From NCBI GenBank assembly GCA_030141605.1, contig JAQGDQ010000003.1, forward strand, positions 2,728,001 to 2,792,000: DNA of 64,000 nt, in the 5' to 3' direction. The stretch's first letter is position 1; every line of letters begins with the position of its first letter. Positions 22,801 to 35,194 of the stretch are shown piece after piece. The DNA is from Tubiluchus corallicola (Eukaryota > Animalia > Priapulida). A model generated the notes under the pieces. That model did no database searches. It was not told where the DNA came from and saw only the letters and a program-made list of their open reading frames with translations. Both the position numbers and the translations under genes were made by a program.

Positions 22801-25800
22801 ATTATCATTGTAGTGTTGTATTTTTTAGTTACATGTTCACCATGTGTGACTTTTTCATAGTAGCATGTTCACGTAACCCTTGCACTGCGAAGTGGATAAC
22901 ACAAAATATAATTTAGTAACTGGTGTGCCAACTGATATGAGCTTTGCAAATAAAATTATTGCTCGGGCTCATTTCATTTAATTAGCCAATTTTGGCAGCT
23001 AATACTTTAGACAATTTTGGTTTTCGTGTTTATGTATTTTGAAGCCTGATACATCTAGGTTTGTAAAAATAACATGAGCTAACCTTAACAGCCTGGTTAA
23101 GTCACTTAAGTGTCTCAGTCTTGTGCCTTGCATATTGATCCATAATCTTTGCAAACATATCACATAACATTTTGCTTGAGTAAGTAACCTGTAAATGTGC
23201 CCGGGATGTTCTAATAAAAAATAATCCTGCTGTCTGTGAGCTCAGAATGCAACAATAATTTGGATTGTCCCTTTCAAAAAATGATGTCTAACATCAGTGC
23301 ATTTTAGCGCATTGTGCTTGTATGCTTAGCTAGATTCATTATATAAGTTTGCAAGCATGTATGTAGTAATAACCATTAGCATTTGCATGCTTTTAAAGCT
23401 GCTCTCACACTCACAGCATGCTTGTTTATTTAGCAAACAAGTCAGAATCTCTCTCACCTCCAATTAGTAAGAGGATGTCACAGTCAGTTTCCATATTAAC
23501 TCATAGACGACGCAATATGGATACTTCATTGTCCAGTAGCAATAGCTCTTCTCCAGGTAAGTTTACATTACTGTTGGCAAGTTACTGTGTTTAGGTGCTA
23601 TATCCGGTCAGTTGTCTTTTTACAGGCCATTTATTTTTAAATTCCATAAAATGTGTTCATATGCAGTTATAAACTTCAGATTTTTTCTGTATGTGTTTAG
23701 TATGGTAAGTGCACTTTGTTATAGTAAGGTCTTATTAGGTAACACTAAGTATGACTGAATGTTAACAATAATGACAAACAGAGGAAACCATACACCAATA
23801 AGGTCATGTATGTGTAGAAATTAATTACAGGGTGTTGGAAAGATTTTTCAGGGGAAAACATGATCAACTTAGATTCTATCTAAGTTTTATTAATTTTGCA
23901 AATGAGAAATTTTAGAAATTATTATATTCAAGTTTAAAACTTTAATCCTTAGTTTATCAAATGTCATCATTATTAATATAAAGTGGGCTGCAGTATGCTT
24001 GTCAAGGGTTTGTAATACATTCAGCTTTGTCCAACAGAATTAATGCTGTCCTTTGACATATCTATTATTTACCACTTCATTAATTGGTTGGATACTTATT
24101 CAAAGAAATCATTGAATGTACGACATTGGGTGTAAGAAGGACTGGCAAGCATAACTTATATTCAAACTTAGATGAAAAGAAATTCACATCATTACCAATT
24201 CCATAACGTAGATAAGCACTTAACGTTCATGTATAGTACGTATTAGGACTCACACATCATAAGTCATTGTGGCTGGGGTTAAAAAACTATGGCTAAATAT
24301 CTTTGTCAATACGTTTATAGTAGATAAACATTCATCGTACCTTGTGTGCAAATAAGTAAAAGTTCTATGTTTTTTTATTACAAATTATCACGGGTATTGT
24401 TACATTCATTATAAATTGTAAAATGATTTACATTCATTATAAATTATAAAATAATGCACATTAAAGGTCTACTTTCTTAAAAATAATTATTATTTATTAA
24501 GATTAATGGTTAATAGGTACAGTTAGTAGCATAAATTGTGGATATTTATGGATGCACTAGTATGTGCTTATATCATACAATATCAGTTATATATTTGCTC
24601 CCTCCTCTTCACATAACTATTTTGTAGTAAACAAGGAACTCCTTGTTCTTGATTTCCTAAATTGATTTAATAGCTAATTTGTAATTGGTTAGTCTTAAAT
24701 ATACTTGCAAACTAGTCTTTAATTTATACTGCACTTCGCATATCCACACAGATGAAGTATTTAATAATACATACTAGTTGAATCTTCATATACACCAGCT
24801 TCTAAGTTAATTAATTGTCTAATTGTCTGTAAAGTAGCAGAATATGATTATGTAGATGGCAGATTCAACTACTAATCTAACGAATGATTTTGGATTTATT
24901 TATGTTATTCATTTATTTAATGCTTGTATTCCTACTCCATCCTGTAACCTAATGACTTTTGCTAGGTAAAAATCTAACAATACTTCTTAGATTTGCACTG
25001 CATGATCAGTATTGCTTTGTACTTTATAATGTTTGTTGACTTATGAGTTAAACTTTTTTAACTTTTGGTTTATTTTTTCATTGGATCCATGCATTGTAAA
25101 ACATGTAATTTACTATTTTGCTTCTTTTTAAATTTTGATTTCTTTCAAAGGTTCTTAATTAACCAAACAGTTTTGTTGGACTTTGTTATTTTTAATTTCT
25201 GTGATAAGCAAATTGGATGACATTTATTGGGATGCTTAGGCATTTTTGCCATAACTTTTGCATTATTATACAGAAAGAGAATGAATTTCTGACTTGCTTT
25301 TTTGTGAGCTTGCTATTTATTTTTGGTTGGTGCTTGACTGTTCTGCTATGTTAAGTGAAATGTGTGCATGTAGGTTTGTAGGTTTGTAATCCCGAAGCTT
25401 TGCTATTACAGTGGTATTAGAAAATTATTGTAAGGTATTGGATTGAAATTCAAATTTCTGTAAACATAGCTGTATAATTTTGTTAAAGTAATTGAAAGCG
25501 TTGTTCAGACAGTCGAATTAAACTGATTGTCCTTAGGTGATTTAGTTTATCAAAGCTAAGTATGTAGTAGAATTTGGAGCAAGAATCATTGAGCTATTTA
25601 ATAAAAGCAATGCAACTACCTTCAAAAGCAACAGAAATTGAAAAGCTCTAAGATTCTTTTATGAATCCACTTTCTATTGATGTGTAATGTGTATTTAGGC
25701 ATAGGTTTGTTCGCAGAATTTTAGTTGATTGTGCAGCACTGTTGTGGAGCATGTTTGTTGGTAACGGGCTGATTGTGGTTTTCATTCGTATGCAGCTCTG

Positions 25801-28800
25801 CGGAAAATTCCTGAAGCTAACAAGACACACTTAAAGTCACCCTCTACCCCTGCTCTCGGTCCTTCAACAAAAGCTGTACAAATTTCTAACCGCCTGTATC
25901 AGTCCTCTACCCAAGCCTCCTCGAGTCGCCATTCTCAACACTCTTCCGGGGTGGCCGACGTCAAATCTGCTAGTTCATTTAATGCAGCACCGAAGAGAGA
26001 CAACAACTTGGTAAAGCCAACAAGTCGACGACCCCATACTAGTAATGCTGAGGCAAGAAGTAAATTCATGACTACCAAGACTAGAGAAGGTCGTAGCACT
26101 TCACGTGGTAAGTTGTGCGCAACATTGTTTTGTTAATATTACATTTCAAACATAACTGTGACAACATTTGTTGGAGTTTCCTTGGGTGGTTTGAACCGTT
26201 CCATGTATGATCCGAGTGCAGCTAAAAATGTTAAGTCGGGTGGTTGGTGCATTGGGGAATTTTAATTTTAATCTTTTAACTATATTAAATCTCAGGTGGT
26301 GATATCGCACAATAAGAAAGTTGTTTCTACACCATAAACTTGTTAATTTCTAAGTTTAGTTATTTTATTTGGCAATCTAGTGCACTAAAACTCAGAGTAA
26401 CACACTAGCAACTCATAATATCCTAAAAACTCGCAAATTGTAATACGATGATTGTAAAACTTTCGAATTGCATGCTACAACTTTTGTGTCCTAATTATGA
26501 AAACTGCAAACATTCTAACAAGAAACCGCACTGCCACTTATTTAACAAGAGTGCAATTTAATTTTAGGCAGTGCTCCTCAGTCAGGTCGTACTCGGAGTG
26601 CTGAAGGTCAAAAACGAAAGAAACCAGAAGATAATCGCATGGTCCAGAGTGTTTACGGTACACTCGGTGAAAAGGAAACAGCCGTAAAGAAACGTGCAGA
26701 GGCGCGCGAAGCCAAGAAGACAACACCTCGAGCGATTTCTGCACCACCCCGACCTCCCAAAAAGGACCAACAGGCTCCTGAGAAAGTGGTAATATAAAAG
26801 TTTTATTATAGAATAATGATGTGTAATTATAATTGCAATGACTGCATGTTTTTTATTTCATTGCAATTGTCAAATTCCTTTTCTATTAAACACACACATA
26901 AGAGCCATTCTTAGAAAAATATAGCATTAACTGTAACTTTTTCTTTCCTCTGCCGGATCTGATTTTTGAAAAGAAGCTAGAAAAGATTGCTTAACATCAG
27001 TTTGGTATTCAAAGTCGAAAGAACTTAATTTTAGATGTTTACTACTTTAGTTTACTATGGTTTATTTTACCTCTTGGAAAGGTATAAATTGAATTTTATG
27101 ACGTCTTTTATTCTTTGTAGCCACCTGTTCCTAAAAGAGTGCCAAAGAAGCCGGTTGCATCTGTCTTGGAGAAGAAAAATAAATCACCAACTCCACCACA
27201 ATCTCGCAGTCCACAAAAGGCAACTAGCCCTGTGCCAGATAGTGATAATGACACATATGGTACACCTAGTGGAAAGATAACTAGCGAAGAAGAAGCTAAG
27301 GCTAGGCTAGCTGAAAAGAGAAGAGAAGCACGAGAAAAGGCAGAAAAAGAGGCTGAGCTAAATAGGCAACGTCAAGAGCAACTCAGGTAATTTTGCGATA
27401 TCATTTGATGATAGACAGCAAGACATTTTATAAAATAATTTTCAAGGCTGTTCTTTCCTAATATTATACTTATAACTTTTTAAACAGGTTACTTCATTAC
27501 TTTTGAATCTAGTTACTTTAGTTTAAAATTAAGTTATCTGGAAGGGATTAAAAAAGTTCTGGAAGGGCCTTGCTTTCCTTTTCCTTCGCATTTTAGTCAT
27601 CGTGACTCACTTTGTTAGGCTAGGGCTGGCTAAAATTTAATGCAGTTACATAGCTGACTTTTAGAAAAACCTTGGTATTGCACCAGTTTTGTACATGTTC
27701 TTTTATTTTTTTATTAGGATCTCTAGTAAAACTCATTACCTGAAGTAGGACTATATAACCAATTTAACCTATATTAATAATTAACATAAATAGTACTAGT
27801 TACGAACTTTTGTCGTAGGATTGAAGAAGAAGAGCGCATCAAGCGGGAAGAGGAGGAACGAGCTCGTTGGGAGGAAGAACAAATCCGATTAGCCGAAGAG
27901 GCTCGAATTTTGGAGGAGGAGAGGTTACAGAAAGCCATTGCAGAAGAAGAAAAACGCAAGGCGGAGGAACAACGCCGCAAAGAAGAGGAGTCAAGAGAGG
28001 TATTCATTCGCACTGCCCTTCAGTTGGTATTTCATTTTCAAGTTTAGTTTGACATATTGCAGAAACCAAACTTGATATTCTTTTTTTATAGAAAGCTGAT
28101 GCTGAGCAAAGGGCAAGAGAGGAGATGGCTCGACTACAGAGAGAGATAGAGGAGCGATCTCGCAAAGAGGAAGAAGACAGACTAGCCAGAAAGAAGGTCA
28201 CTGCTTATTCTTTTGTGGCTTGTTGCAGCTAACCATGTTTCAAATTTGAAATGATTAAATATAACTACAGAAAAAATTTTGCATTTATATCTTTGCTTTG
28301 AATGAAATATTAATTACTTCGAAGTTCTCTAAGAGCCGATTATTTCGACATTAGAAATAAGTAATAATAATACGGTAGGCGCCGCTTAATTGACTCAAAA
28401 ACGCCTGGAATGGACCGCTTCTATTCAAATATACATAAAAACTATCGGTAATTGACTCAAATAACTCCACATAATTGACTCGATATTTTTCTTTCACCTA
28501 CTTAAAATAAGACATTTGTATTTGCCAAAAGAGCCTTTCCTGCTTTTATGTCGTCTTTACTTCCCTTTTGTGCACTATGTATGCATAAACAATCGTGTTA
28601 AGTACCGTTTTGTTTATAAGCAGGCACGTTTATCATGCACTAATACGCTAGTGCAGCGGTTTTGCTTTGAAGCTGCTACCGGCTTGCCCACTATTACCCA
28701 GAGAATTTCTGGAAGCTAAACATTTATTCACTTGCCTAGCAGTTTCCTTTTGATGTTATTATTGCAAATCACGCTTTCAGGCTTAATGAGTTCATAGTCA

Positions 28801-31800
28801 AAGATGCAAGTACAGTAATCAACTGGTATTCCTTTTGACTTACAAGAGTAAACATCGCACAGCAAATGAGCAATGTAAGTGAGCAGACGCTTCAGAAATG
28901 TTTTTGTTACACACAACAACAGATTTTCAACGTTTTTATAACTTTGTGGGCTAGCTTCTTCGCGAGAAAATGAAGCAGCCGACTTTGAAGGAATTTTTGT
29001 ATTTTTTGCAAATAAACAGACTTAGAAAAGTCTATGATTTAAAAAAGTATACTTTTAAATTTATTGCTAATTCACTTTTATAAATTAATATTTTAAAATA
29101 TTTTTTCCAATTTTCTAAATTTTAACTGGACAAAGGAATTTAGCCATTACTTCGTTTCTAAAATTCATTAAAAACCTTTGCAGTGCATAGTAAGATGGTG
29201 AGTCATAATACTACACCCATCAGTTAATAGGTTCAGTCGGTTAATTGGGTCAAAACACATCGGTCCCAAAGTGAGTCTGTTAAACGGCGCCTGCTGTATA
29301 ATTATCTAACCGACGGTTTTTTAAAAACGATGTGCTTTGTTTCTGAAACAGAAATTAGATGCGATTATGAGCAGAACTAGAAAAACGCCAAACACAACTC
29401 CTGCAAAGGCAGGCGACACAGCTGAAACTGAAAGAGACAATGATACGTCAGATGGTGGTGTCTCTCCTGCTCCATCAGACAGCACTATCACTGAGCAAGA
29501 CTCCAATCAGCCTATGGTATAAAATTAATTTACGTATGCTTGTTTGAGTAATTTGTCGTGCATGCTTGCGTAAATAACCTTTATGCAACTAAAAAGGTAA
29601 GTCTAGCAAAGAGACAAAGACTGTCTAGAGAATAACAGTTAAAGGTTTTTATATAGTTGCACAAAATCCACGTTTAGAGGACAGGATTATCCCATAGGCT
29701 AGTATAGGCTGCAGCCTAGGGCCTGTCAAGCTTGGGGGCCCTCAACTTTTGGTAACACTGGTAAAAAATCTGTTTTCTCACAAAGGTTGTTATGTGTTAA
29801 TTTGGTTTGCAATAAATAGTAAAATAGTGGTATTTCTTAACGAATATTTTTATTGACTAACAAAAGATAGCTATTCTAATTTATTTAAAGAATTTACAAT
29901 AAGTTTATTCCAAGCTATGTAAATGGCACTAAAATATATTCAAGACGTGTGCAGGCGAGTTAGAGGGTGGCTATGTCTGAGGGGCCCCATAATTTCATTA
30001 CCCTATTGAGCCCAAATTACCCTAGGGTGATAATCCGACCCTGCCCATATGGTCTTAATTGAAACTGTCTTCATGCTGTTTTATTTAGTTTGTGTTGAAA
30101 AATTCAGTTTTAAATTATACTAGACAAAGTGGAAGAGGCTTTGTTGATTAGAAAAATGAGGTTGTAACCCATGTGTGTTGTGTAGGTGACAGATGCTGAT
30201 TTAGAGCTTGCGAAAACTTCACAGCAGACTGAGATTATAAACATCGAGAGCAAAATTGATTATGATAAAAATATGACTGCGGTAACTGACAACGTTGTAG
30301 CTGAAGAATCTAGCAGTCGATCAGCTCCATCTGATACAGGTGTTATTGATTCTAGTGTCTGGGATAAACCACAGGATATCATGACTACATCGGTGTACGC
30401 TGAATCCAAAGAAAATGCAGACATGACAAGTACGGCATGATAGTTTAGTGTTTATAGCAGTAATGTAATAATAGAACACATCATAAATGGTTGGCGGGTG
30501 CAAAAGACATTTATTCTGCAGATTTTTATTTAATAAGTTATACAGGCAAGTGGCATTGCTTAGCTGAGAATTGACAAACGATATGTAACAGCATTAGCAC
30601 TTCAGTTTTGTTTTGTGAATGTGTAACTTTCACTTTATAAATTCAGTATTGCTTTCTTTTGAAGCAATATTTTTGCCATTTACGTAATTTTATCATCAAG
30701 ATACATTTATTTTCGAAACTGAATTTTCAGTACGTGTGTTATATTGGCTGTTGGAAAATGTAAGTTTGTTACTTGCTAAAGCTAGGCAGGTTGTAGTAGA
30801 AAAAGATGACATTGCATCGCTAAAAACTGTATGGGATAGTATGATAACTTATACTGAATCAGGTAGAGCACTGCAGCTATGAAACGCCATGAGTCAAGTT
30901 AACATGATATTCAAGTTAAAAATTATAATGTGAAATTATGGGCATAAATGTATAATTTTTCAGTTAAAAGCCTTCATGGAAGAACATAAGAATATCAAAC
31001 TTCATTTTACTACCTGTCCTGCATTATAGAAAGGTTATTGCAATGTATTACCGTCCATTCAATTTTTTTACAGTTAGTATGTACGATTCTGGTATGCTTG
31101 TAGAGGAGAATGGACAAGGCGTCACTAATGGATATCATGTCGATGTTTCCGAAAAACATAAGTACGTACAGTATAGTAATTGTGACAAATGAATTATGAT
31201 GATATGTTCTCTTGTGGCAGATAATACAAAGAAATATGAATAATTCTGAATATTTCTAATTGGATATTATTTTGACTTTGGCAGTATTTCTGTATTAAAA
31301 TCATTCAGCTTGAAAGAGCTTAGAATTAATTTACTTCTAAATTTTCTTGTTTATGTTGCATAATTCTTGTTTGCTTTCACTTACCAGGATCTAATAAGTT
31401 CTATTTATCAAATACTGCAAACGTGGAAAAAAGTGTGAGCTAAATTTTTGCAAATTGAGTTTCAAATCCTTGTTTGCAAAGTAATATTTTTTTTGATGAT
31501 TTATTTCGAAGCAAATTACATAGGTTAAAGATTAATAGAAATTTATGACTTCATTTCATAAACGTTGGTATGAGTCGTTAGTTTTTTGTTAATAATGTCT
31601 GTGTTTAGCAGTGTGTCATAAACCTACATAGTTACTTGCTCCTTTATTACTAACATAATTTATTTGTTGGAAATTATTCTTGTTATCTTCAGAAATTACA
31701 TCTTACACACATTAATTTTATGTTTTACAGTGAATTATTGACCTGTTTATACTTTACTTTTGATGTTTGCATTACAGCAGAACATTAAGAACATCATCTT

Positions 31801-32803
31801 ATTTATCTATCATCTATCTATCATTAAGAATATTATCTATCATCAAAGCTTGTCTTCACAGAGGGTTTTCTCTATATTGCTACCACCTTGAAACCAAAAA
31901 AGCGATTTTAAAACGCTTTGCATTTTTTGTCTTAGTTTTGAAACCAAAGAGAAGCAGATGGACTCGCTGGCAGAATTTGATCATCTGTCATCAGCTCGCA
32001 ATAATGAAGATACGAGCCAGATGAAAACACATTCACTTTTATATGATGTTAGTGATGCATCAAGTGACATTCAAAAAGTGAACTCTCATCATTTGCATAG
32101 TGATGATAAATTTGGTGATAACAAAGATACAGACTTTGAACAACTTATAACACTGCAGCCAGACACTAGCTTAAATAAAAACAATGTAGTTGATTTACTA
32201 GAAATGAACCCAGAACTTGACTCTAATAACTGTGTGCTGCCTCCTCAGGCTCCAATAATAGCCTTTGAAGAAACTAGCCAGACAAAGCAAGCAGATTTAA
32301 TAGGTAAGAAATATTAGTACCTAGTAGCAAATCAATTTTAATACTGTCTATGTTATTAATGTAAGAAATTTGATTTTTCCTGCATCACTAGTCACTACTT
32401 TGCTTTATCTTTTTGTTGCAAATCAGCAGTTTTTTGTTTGAATTAGTTGCTGCAAGATAACAAGGAAATATGTATTCTGATAAATGTTAAAATAGCAAAT
32501 GTTCAACAAACTATTTGGTGTAATTTACTGTTATGATCAACTAAGTCTGCTCAAAAAATCTGCAGATTTAGCATCTACAACCTTGGTTGTTGAAGTCATT
32601 CTTGTTATGCTTTCTGATGTTCGGAAAACTGAAAATGACCTAGAATTATTGACAATGCATGTAAGTGCCATTAGTTTTTTGTCTTTAATACTTCAAAACC
32701 CATTGTCATGCAGTGTGTCAGTGTTTTTATCCATTTTACAATCTGCCTTGATAGTAACGAAAAGTAATCACAATGATTTGTTTTTTTTTTAGATATTTCG
32801 TGA
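7832..32803 (+). CDS. MAP7: MAP7/ensconsin-family microtubule-associated protein (spliced gene, ~897 aa)
   Basis: 16 phase-consistent GT-AG exons totalling 2694 nt: 7832-7874, 17925-18110, 19087-19229, 19946-20044, 20743-20911, 23434-23556, 25796-26107, 26568-26788, 27121-27386, 27819-27999, 28092-28196, 29352-29516, 30186-30429, 31104-31161, 31936-32303, 32793-32803. N-terminal coiled coil with AFGS motif; MAP7 domain GKITSEEEAKARLAEKRREARE...RLARKKKLDAIMSRTRK. Confidence 0.88.
16790..17585 (+). mobile_element. Probable degraded PIF/Harbinger transposase relic in MAP7 intron 1
   Basis: Frameshifted peptides DDFRK(R)YR and PRI/KQQDNMRNEPLFIVDRRSASLKYHA resemble the Harbinger N-terminal region (I.KQDTNMR.AI....L..TLRY.A). 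Boundaries are approximate. Confidence 0.35.
17925..18110 (+). CDS. MAP7: MAP7 exon 2
   Basis: TAG acceptor; DLGDSSGANVIPKP...SAQSGRGK; three in-frame donors at 18099, 18105, 18111. Confidence 0.75.
19087..19229 (+). CDS. MAP7: MAP7 exon 3 (coiled coil)
   Basis: AVSPSSHKEKEERVKQLREKRLLERRAKLEELKRAQEQHRLHLKQQE. Confidence 0.85.
19946..20044 (+). CDS. MAP7: MAP7 exon 4 (coiled coil)
   Basis: EARRKKIEEMKIRDEQRRKEVEERRNKVLQAEM, phase 0-0. Confidence 0.88.
20743..20911 (+). CDS. MAP7: MAP7 exon 5
   Basis: ERLASIMKKNAERE...VAFGSTLPR...; donor T|GTACGT. Confidence 0.8.
21354..21479 (+). CDS. MAP7: Candidate MAP7 cassette exon (126 nt, phase 1-1)
   Basis: THAGCIEEYINQKKRAQSCVPFVRTPRLATSMTSSMTSHRQ, bounded by AAG| and |GTTGAT, in frame with its neighbours. 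Confidence 0.5.
21875..22081. repeat. Tandem duplication, 2 x ~103 bp
   Basis: CATAAAGCAG...AATCCCTT...GTTAT repeated, roughly 90% identical by eye. Confidence 0.9.
23434..23556 (+). CDS. MAP7: MAP7 exon 6
   Basis: NKSESLSPPISKRMSQSVSILTHRRRN...; TTTAG acceptor, G|GTAAGT donor. Confidence 0.8.
25796..26107 (+). CDS. MAP7: MAP7 exon 7
   Basis: LRKIPEANK...ISNRLYQSSTQASSSR...STSR, phase 1-1, G|GTAAGT. Confidence 0.8.
26568..26788 (+). CDS. MAP7: MAP7 exon 8
   Basis: SAPQSGRTRSAEG...PPRPPKKDQQAPEKV. Confidence 0.8.
27121..27386 (+). CDS. MAP7: MAP7 exon 9 (start of MAP7 domain)
   Basis: ...GKITSEEEAKARLAEKRREAREKAEKE... Confidence 0.9.
27819..27999 (+). CDS. MAP7: MAP7 exon 10
   Basis: E/R-rich helix IEEEERIKREEEERARWEEEQIRLAEEARILEEERLQKAI... 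Confidence 0.9.
28092..28196 (+). CDS. MAP7: MAP7 exon 11
   Basis: KADAEQRAREEMARLQREIEERSRKEEEDRLARKK. Confidence 0.9.
28373..29296. mobile_element. Non-autonomous Tc1/mariner-superfamily (pogo-like) MITE, copy 1
   Basis: TIRs CGGTAGGCGCCGCTTAATTGACTCA / TGAGTCTGTTAAACGGCGCCTGCTG flanked by TA on both sides; internal homology to 44376-45269. Confidence 0.85.
29352..29516 (+). CDS. MAP7: MAP7 exon 12
   Basis: KLDAIMSRTRK, the MAP7-domain C-terminal signature (compare RLEEIMKRTR). Confidence 0.9.
29676..30042. mobile_element. hAT-like MITE remnant
   Basis: Right end GATAATCCGACCCTG with degenerate left counterpart AGAGGACAGGATTATC; subterminal GCCTAGGGCC and GGGGCCC motifs. Confidence 0.5.
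30186..30429 (+). CDS. MAP7: MAP7 exon 13
   Basis: Acidic tail exon; TAG|GTG acceptor and A|GTACGG donor. Confidence 0.75.
31104..31161 (+). CDS. MAP7: MAP7 exon 14
   Basis: ENGQGVTNGYHVDVSEKH; bridges phase 1 to phase 2 as required by its neighbours. Confidence 0.7.
31936..32303 (+). CDS. MAP7: MAP7 exon 15
   Basis: Covers most of track ORF 31958-32317; CTTAG acceptor, G|GTAAGA donor. Confidence 0.8.
32793..32803 (+). CDS. MAP7: MAP7 terminal coding exon (DIS*)
   Basis: Poly-T AG acceptor, (G)AT ATT TCG TGA; followed by a T-rich 3' UTR with AATAAA near 33155, 34310 and 34350. Confidence 0.7.
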
Positions 32804-34630
32804 AATTAATTGAAATGAATTTTTTCTACGCATTTTGAGACGTCATTGCCATACACAACCAGATACACTTTTAAAAGCAACAAGCAGAATCAATTGTATT
32901 TTTGGTTTCAACAACTGCTTTTTTACAGCAGGACTGGTAACACTAACTAAATATAGTTTTACAGTTACGGTCTTAATTATGTAATATAGCATATTAAGCA
33001 GGGTTCTCTTGTGCACATCAACCATTGCACAAATTTTGTCTTGTTCTTCGTCATCACTTTTACTTGTTATATATACACATGCTATAATTTATTTATTTTA
33101 ACACATTAATATTGTTGGAACTGATCTTTTCATTTGAGTTGAAGCTTACATCTTAATAAAGGCTTTGCTTTACGTGCTTTGCACTGGTGCAAGTTCCAAA
33201 AATTTTTAACCTGTCTTGCGTATTATGCAATTTTTATGGCACACAGGCTTATAATTTCTTTCTGGATTACTTGGAGCAATGTTGTAATTTTATTTTTGCC
33301 TAGTTTTACTACATGTGTTGTGCAATAGATTTTACTCGCATTCCAGATCAGCAGAGCAATTACTGTATATGTAGTGCATTGTGATTATGTAACATTTAAT
33401 GTATGTTAACCTCGGTTGATCGATGAGCTGTGTTTTAAGGGTACGTTATTGCTGCTAAGTTGTAACAGTTATAAAATAATATATTACATGTGTATCTGCA
33501 CACAGACTAGTTTTCGTTAGGATAAGTAGAATACTTGACTTTTCTGTGACATTGTGCACTGTACCAGTTTTGTATATAATAAGTAACCCAAGTCTAATAT
33601 TATTTTCATTTGACCTTTGCTGCAGTATTATTGTGACCTAGCTCATTTGATTTCAGGTTGTCTCAGTTTTAGTCAGTCAGTGAGCACATTTTTTTGCAAA
33701 TTTGATGTTCACTTATTTCAGATAAGACATTTTTATTGGGTAATAATTAATGTAACTAAAGTTGTTTCTTCTGCAAGAAATACTGCGTGTCTTTTGATGG
33801 ATTGGTGTGAAATACTATTTTAGCTATTTTAGGCATGTACATTTCTACTGTATGCAATAATTTTTTCAGAAATCATTCTGGACAACCTGTTCGTTGACAC
33901 TGCAAATATTTCAACTTTGCAAACAAATGTTTGAAATGAACAAGTATAATGAATGCCACACATTGTAAATGCACCATTTTATAATTTTCTGTTTACTTTT
34001 ACTTATTGAACATCCTGTATGGATATGCAAGTATTCATATATTGTAGAAAACTATTTTGGTGTTTATACAATGGTCCTTGGCAACATGTTGCGCATGCTA
34101 ATAGTTTTAATGAGTTCTTACATTACATGTATAATTGTGAACTCATTTGTGTGAATAATGATGATTATAACTTAAGTTATTACAGCCTAATGAGTAGACC
34201 AATTTGTACTTCCGTTATCCTATTTGATTTAACAGTGTTGCTGTAAAAGCCATAGTATTGTAGCAAAATGCTGGTTAAGTGTGTAAGGTTGCTTGTACAA
34301 CATAACCAAAATAAAGGTACTCTCATTGTGATCTTTGTTGTGTCTTTTTAATAAATGTTTACTTGAAGCTCTTAGCTCAAATACTGAACGAGTTTCAGTT
34401 TTAACTTAGAACCGAATATGTCACAATCAAAGTAAAGGCTGTGATTAGATGTGGGCAGCTGCTGTACAAAAGTTTATTCTTTTCTCCTAGGGTAGTAAGA
34501 TTTCAATTCGTTCAACCAGCACGTAATCAAATTTTTAGTTTTAATTAAATGTTATATTGTTTCCGTGAACAATTTGTACTGTGCTGAAAGAATAAAGATA
34601 TCTTACGGTGGTTACCCGAAAATGGTTAGC

Positions 34631-34693
34631 ATCGAACGTTCGAGTCGAATTCGATTCGAACAAATTTTTTAATTAGAATTCGATTTGACCCTA
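34631..34693. repeat. Cluster of TTCGA/TCGAA motifs ending in CCCTA, probable DNA-transposon end remnant
   Basis: atcgaacgttcgagtcgaattcgattcgaac...gaattcgatttgacccta. Confidence 0.4.
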
Positions 34694-35136
34694 TGGTTTC
34701 AAATAAATCACCACTTCAACTACACGATTGCATGCTCCCATACTACATCTGCACATACACATAATTATGTATGTTTGTAGCTGCAATTTCTGTGCGCAGT
34801 CTTTAAGTAACTTATGGTTTTTAATTTTTTACTGTAGAACAAAATCAAACAATATGCTTACCAAGCATATGCTTACAGTATGCTTAGCAATATACGTGAT
34901 CTATGCGAGACTACTTTCGAAGTCCATTTCTGATAAAGAATGCTCACCCCTAGCTATATGTTGGAATCGATGTCACTCCATTAATTTTATTAGTTTTACC
35001 TAACAGGTGGCGCCACGATATATTTTAAATGGCAGCGGGATTTACAAATATGATTTTCTGGGTTTTTGCTTTTCAAAACTTAAACCTTAAATTGTTTACA
35101 CAGCTTTATGCGTTAACTATTTAGTAGCGTCTGAAG

Positions 35137-35194
35137 ATGAGGCGTGGTGTACAAGCGAACTTCAAAGATGCAGCAAATTTTCCTGCATCAAACG
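35137..35194 (+). CDS. TTK: TTK exon 1
   Basis: [19 protein letters not shown]; G|GTAGGT phase-1 donor fits exon 2. Confidence 0.6.
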
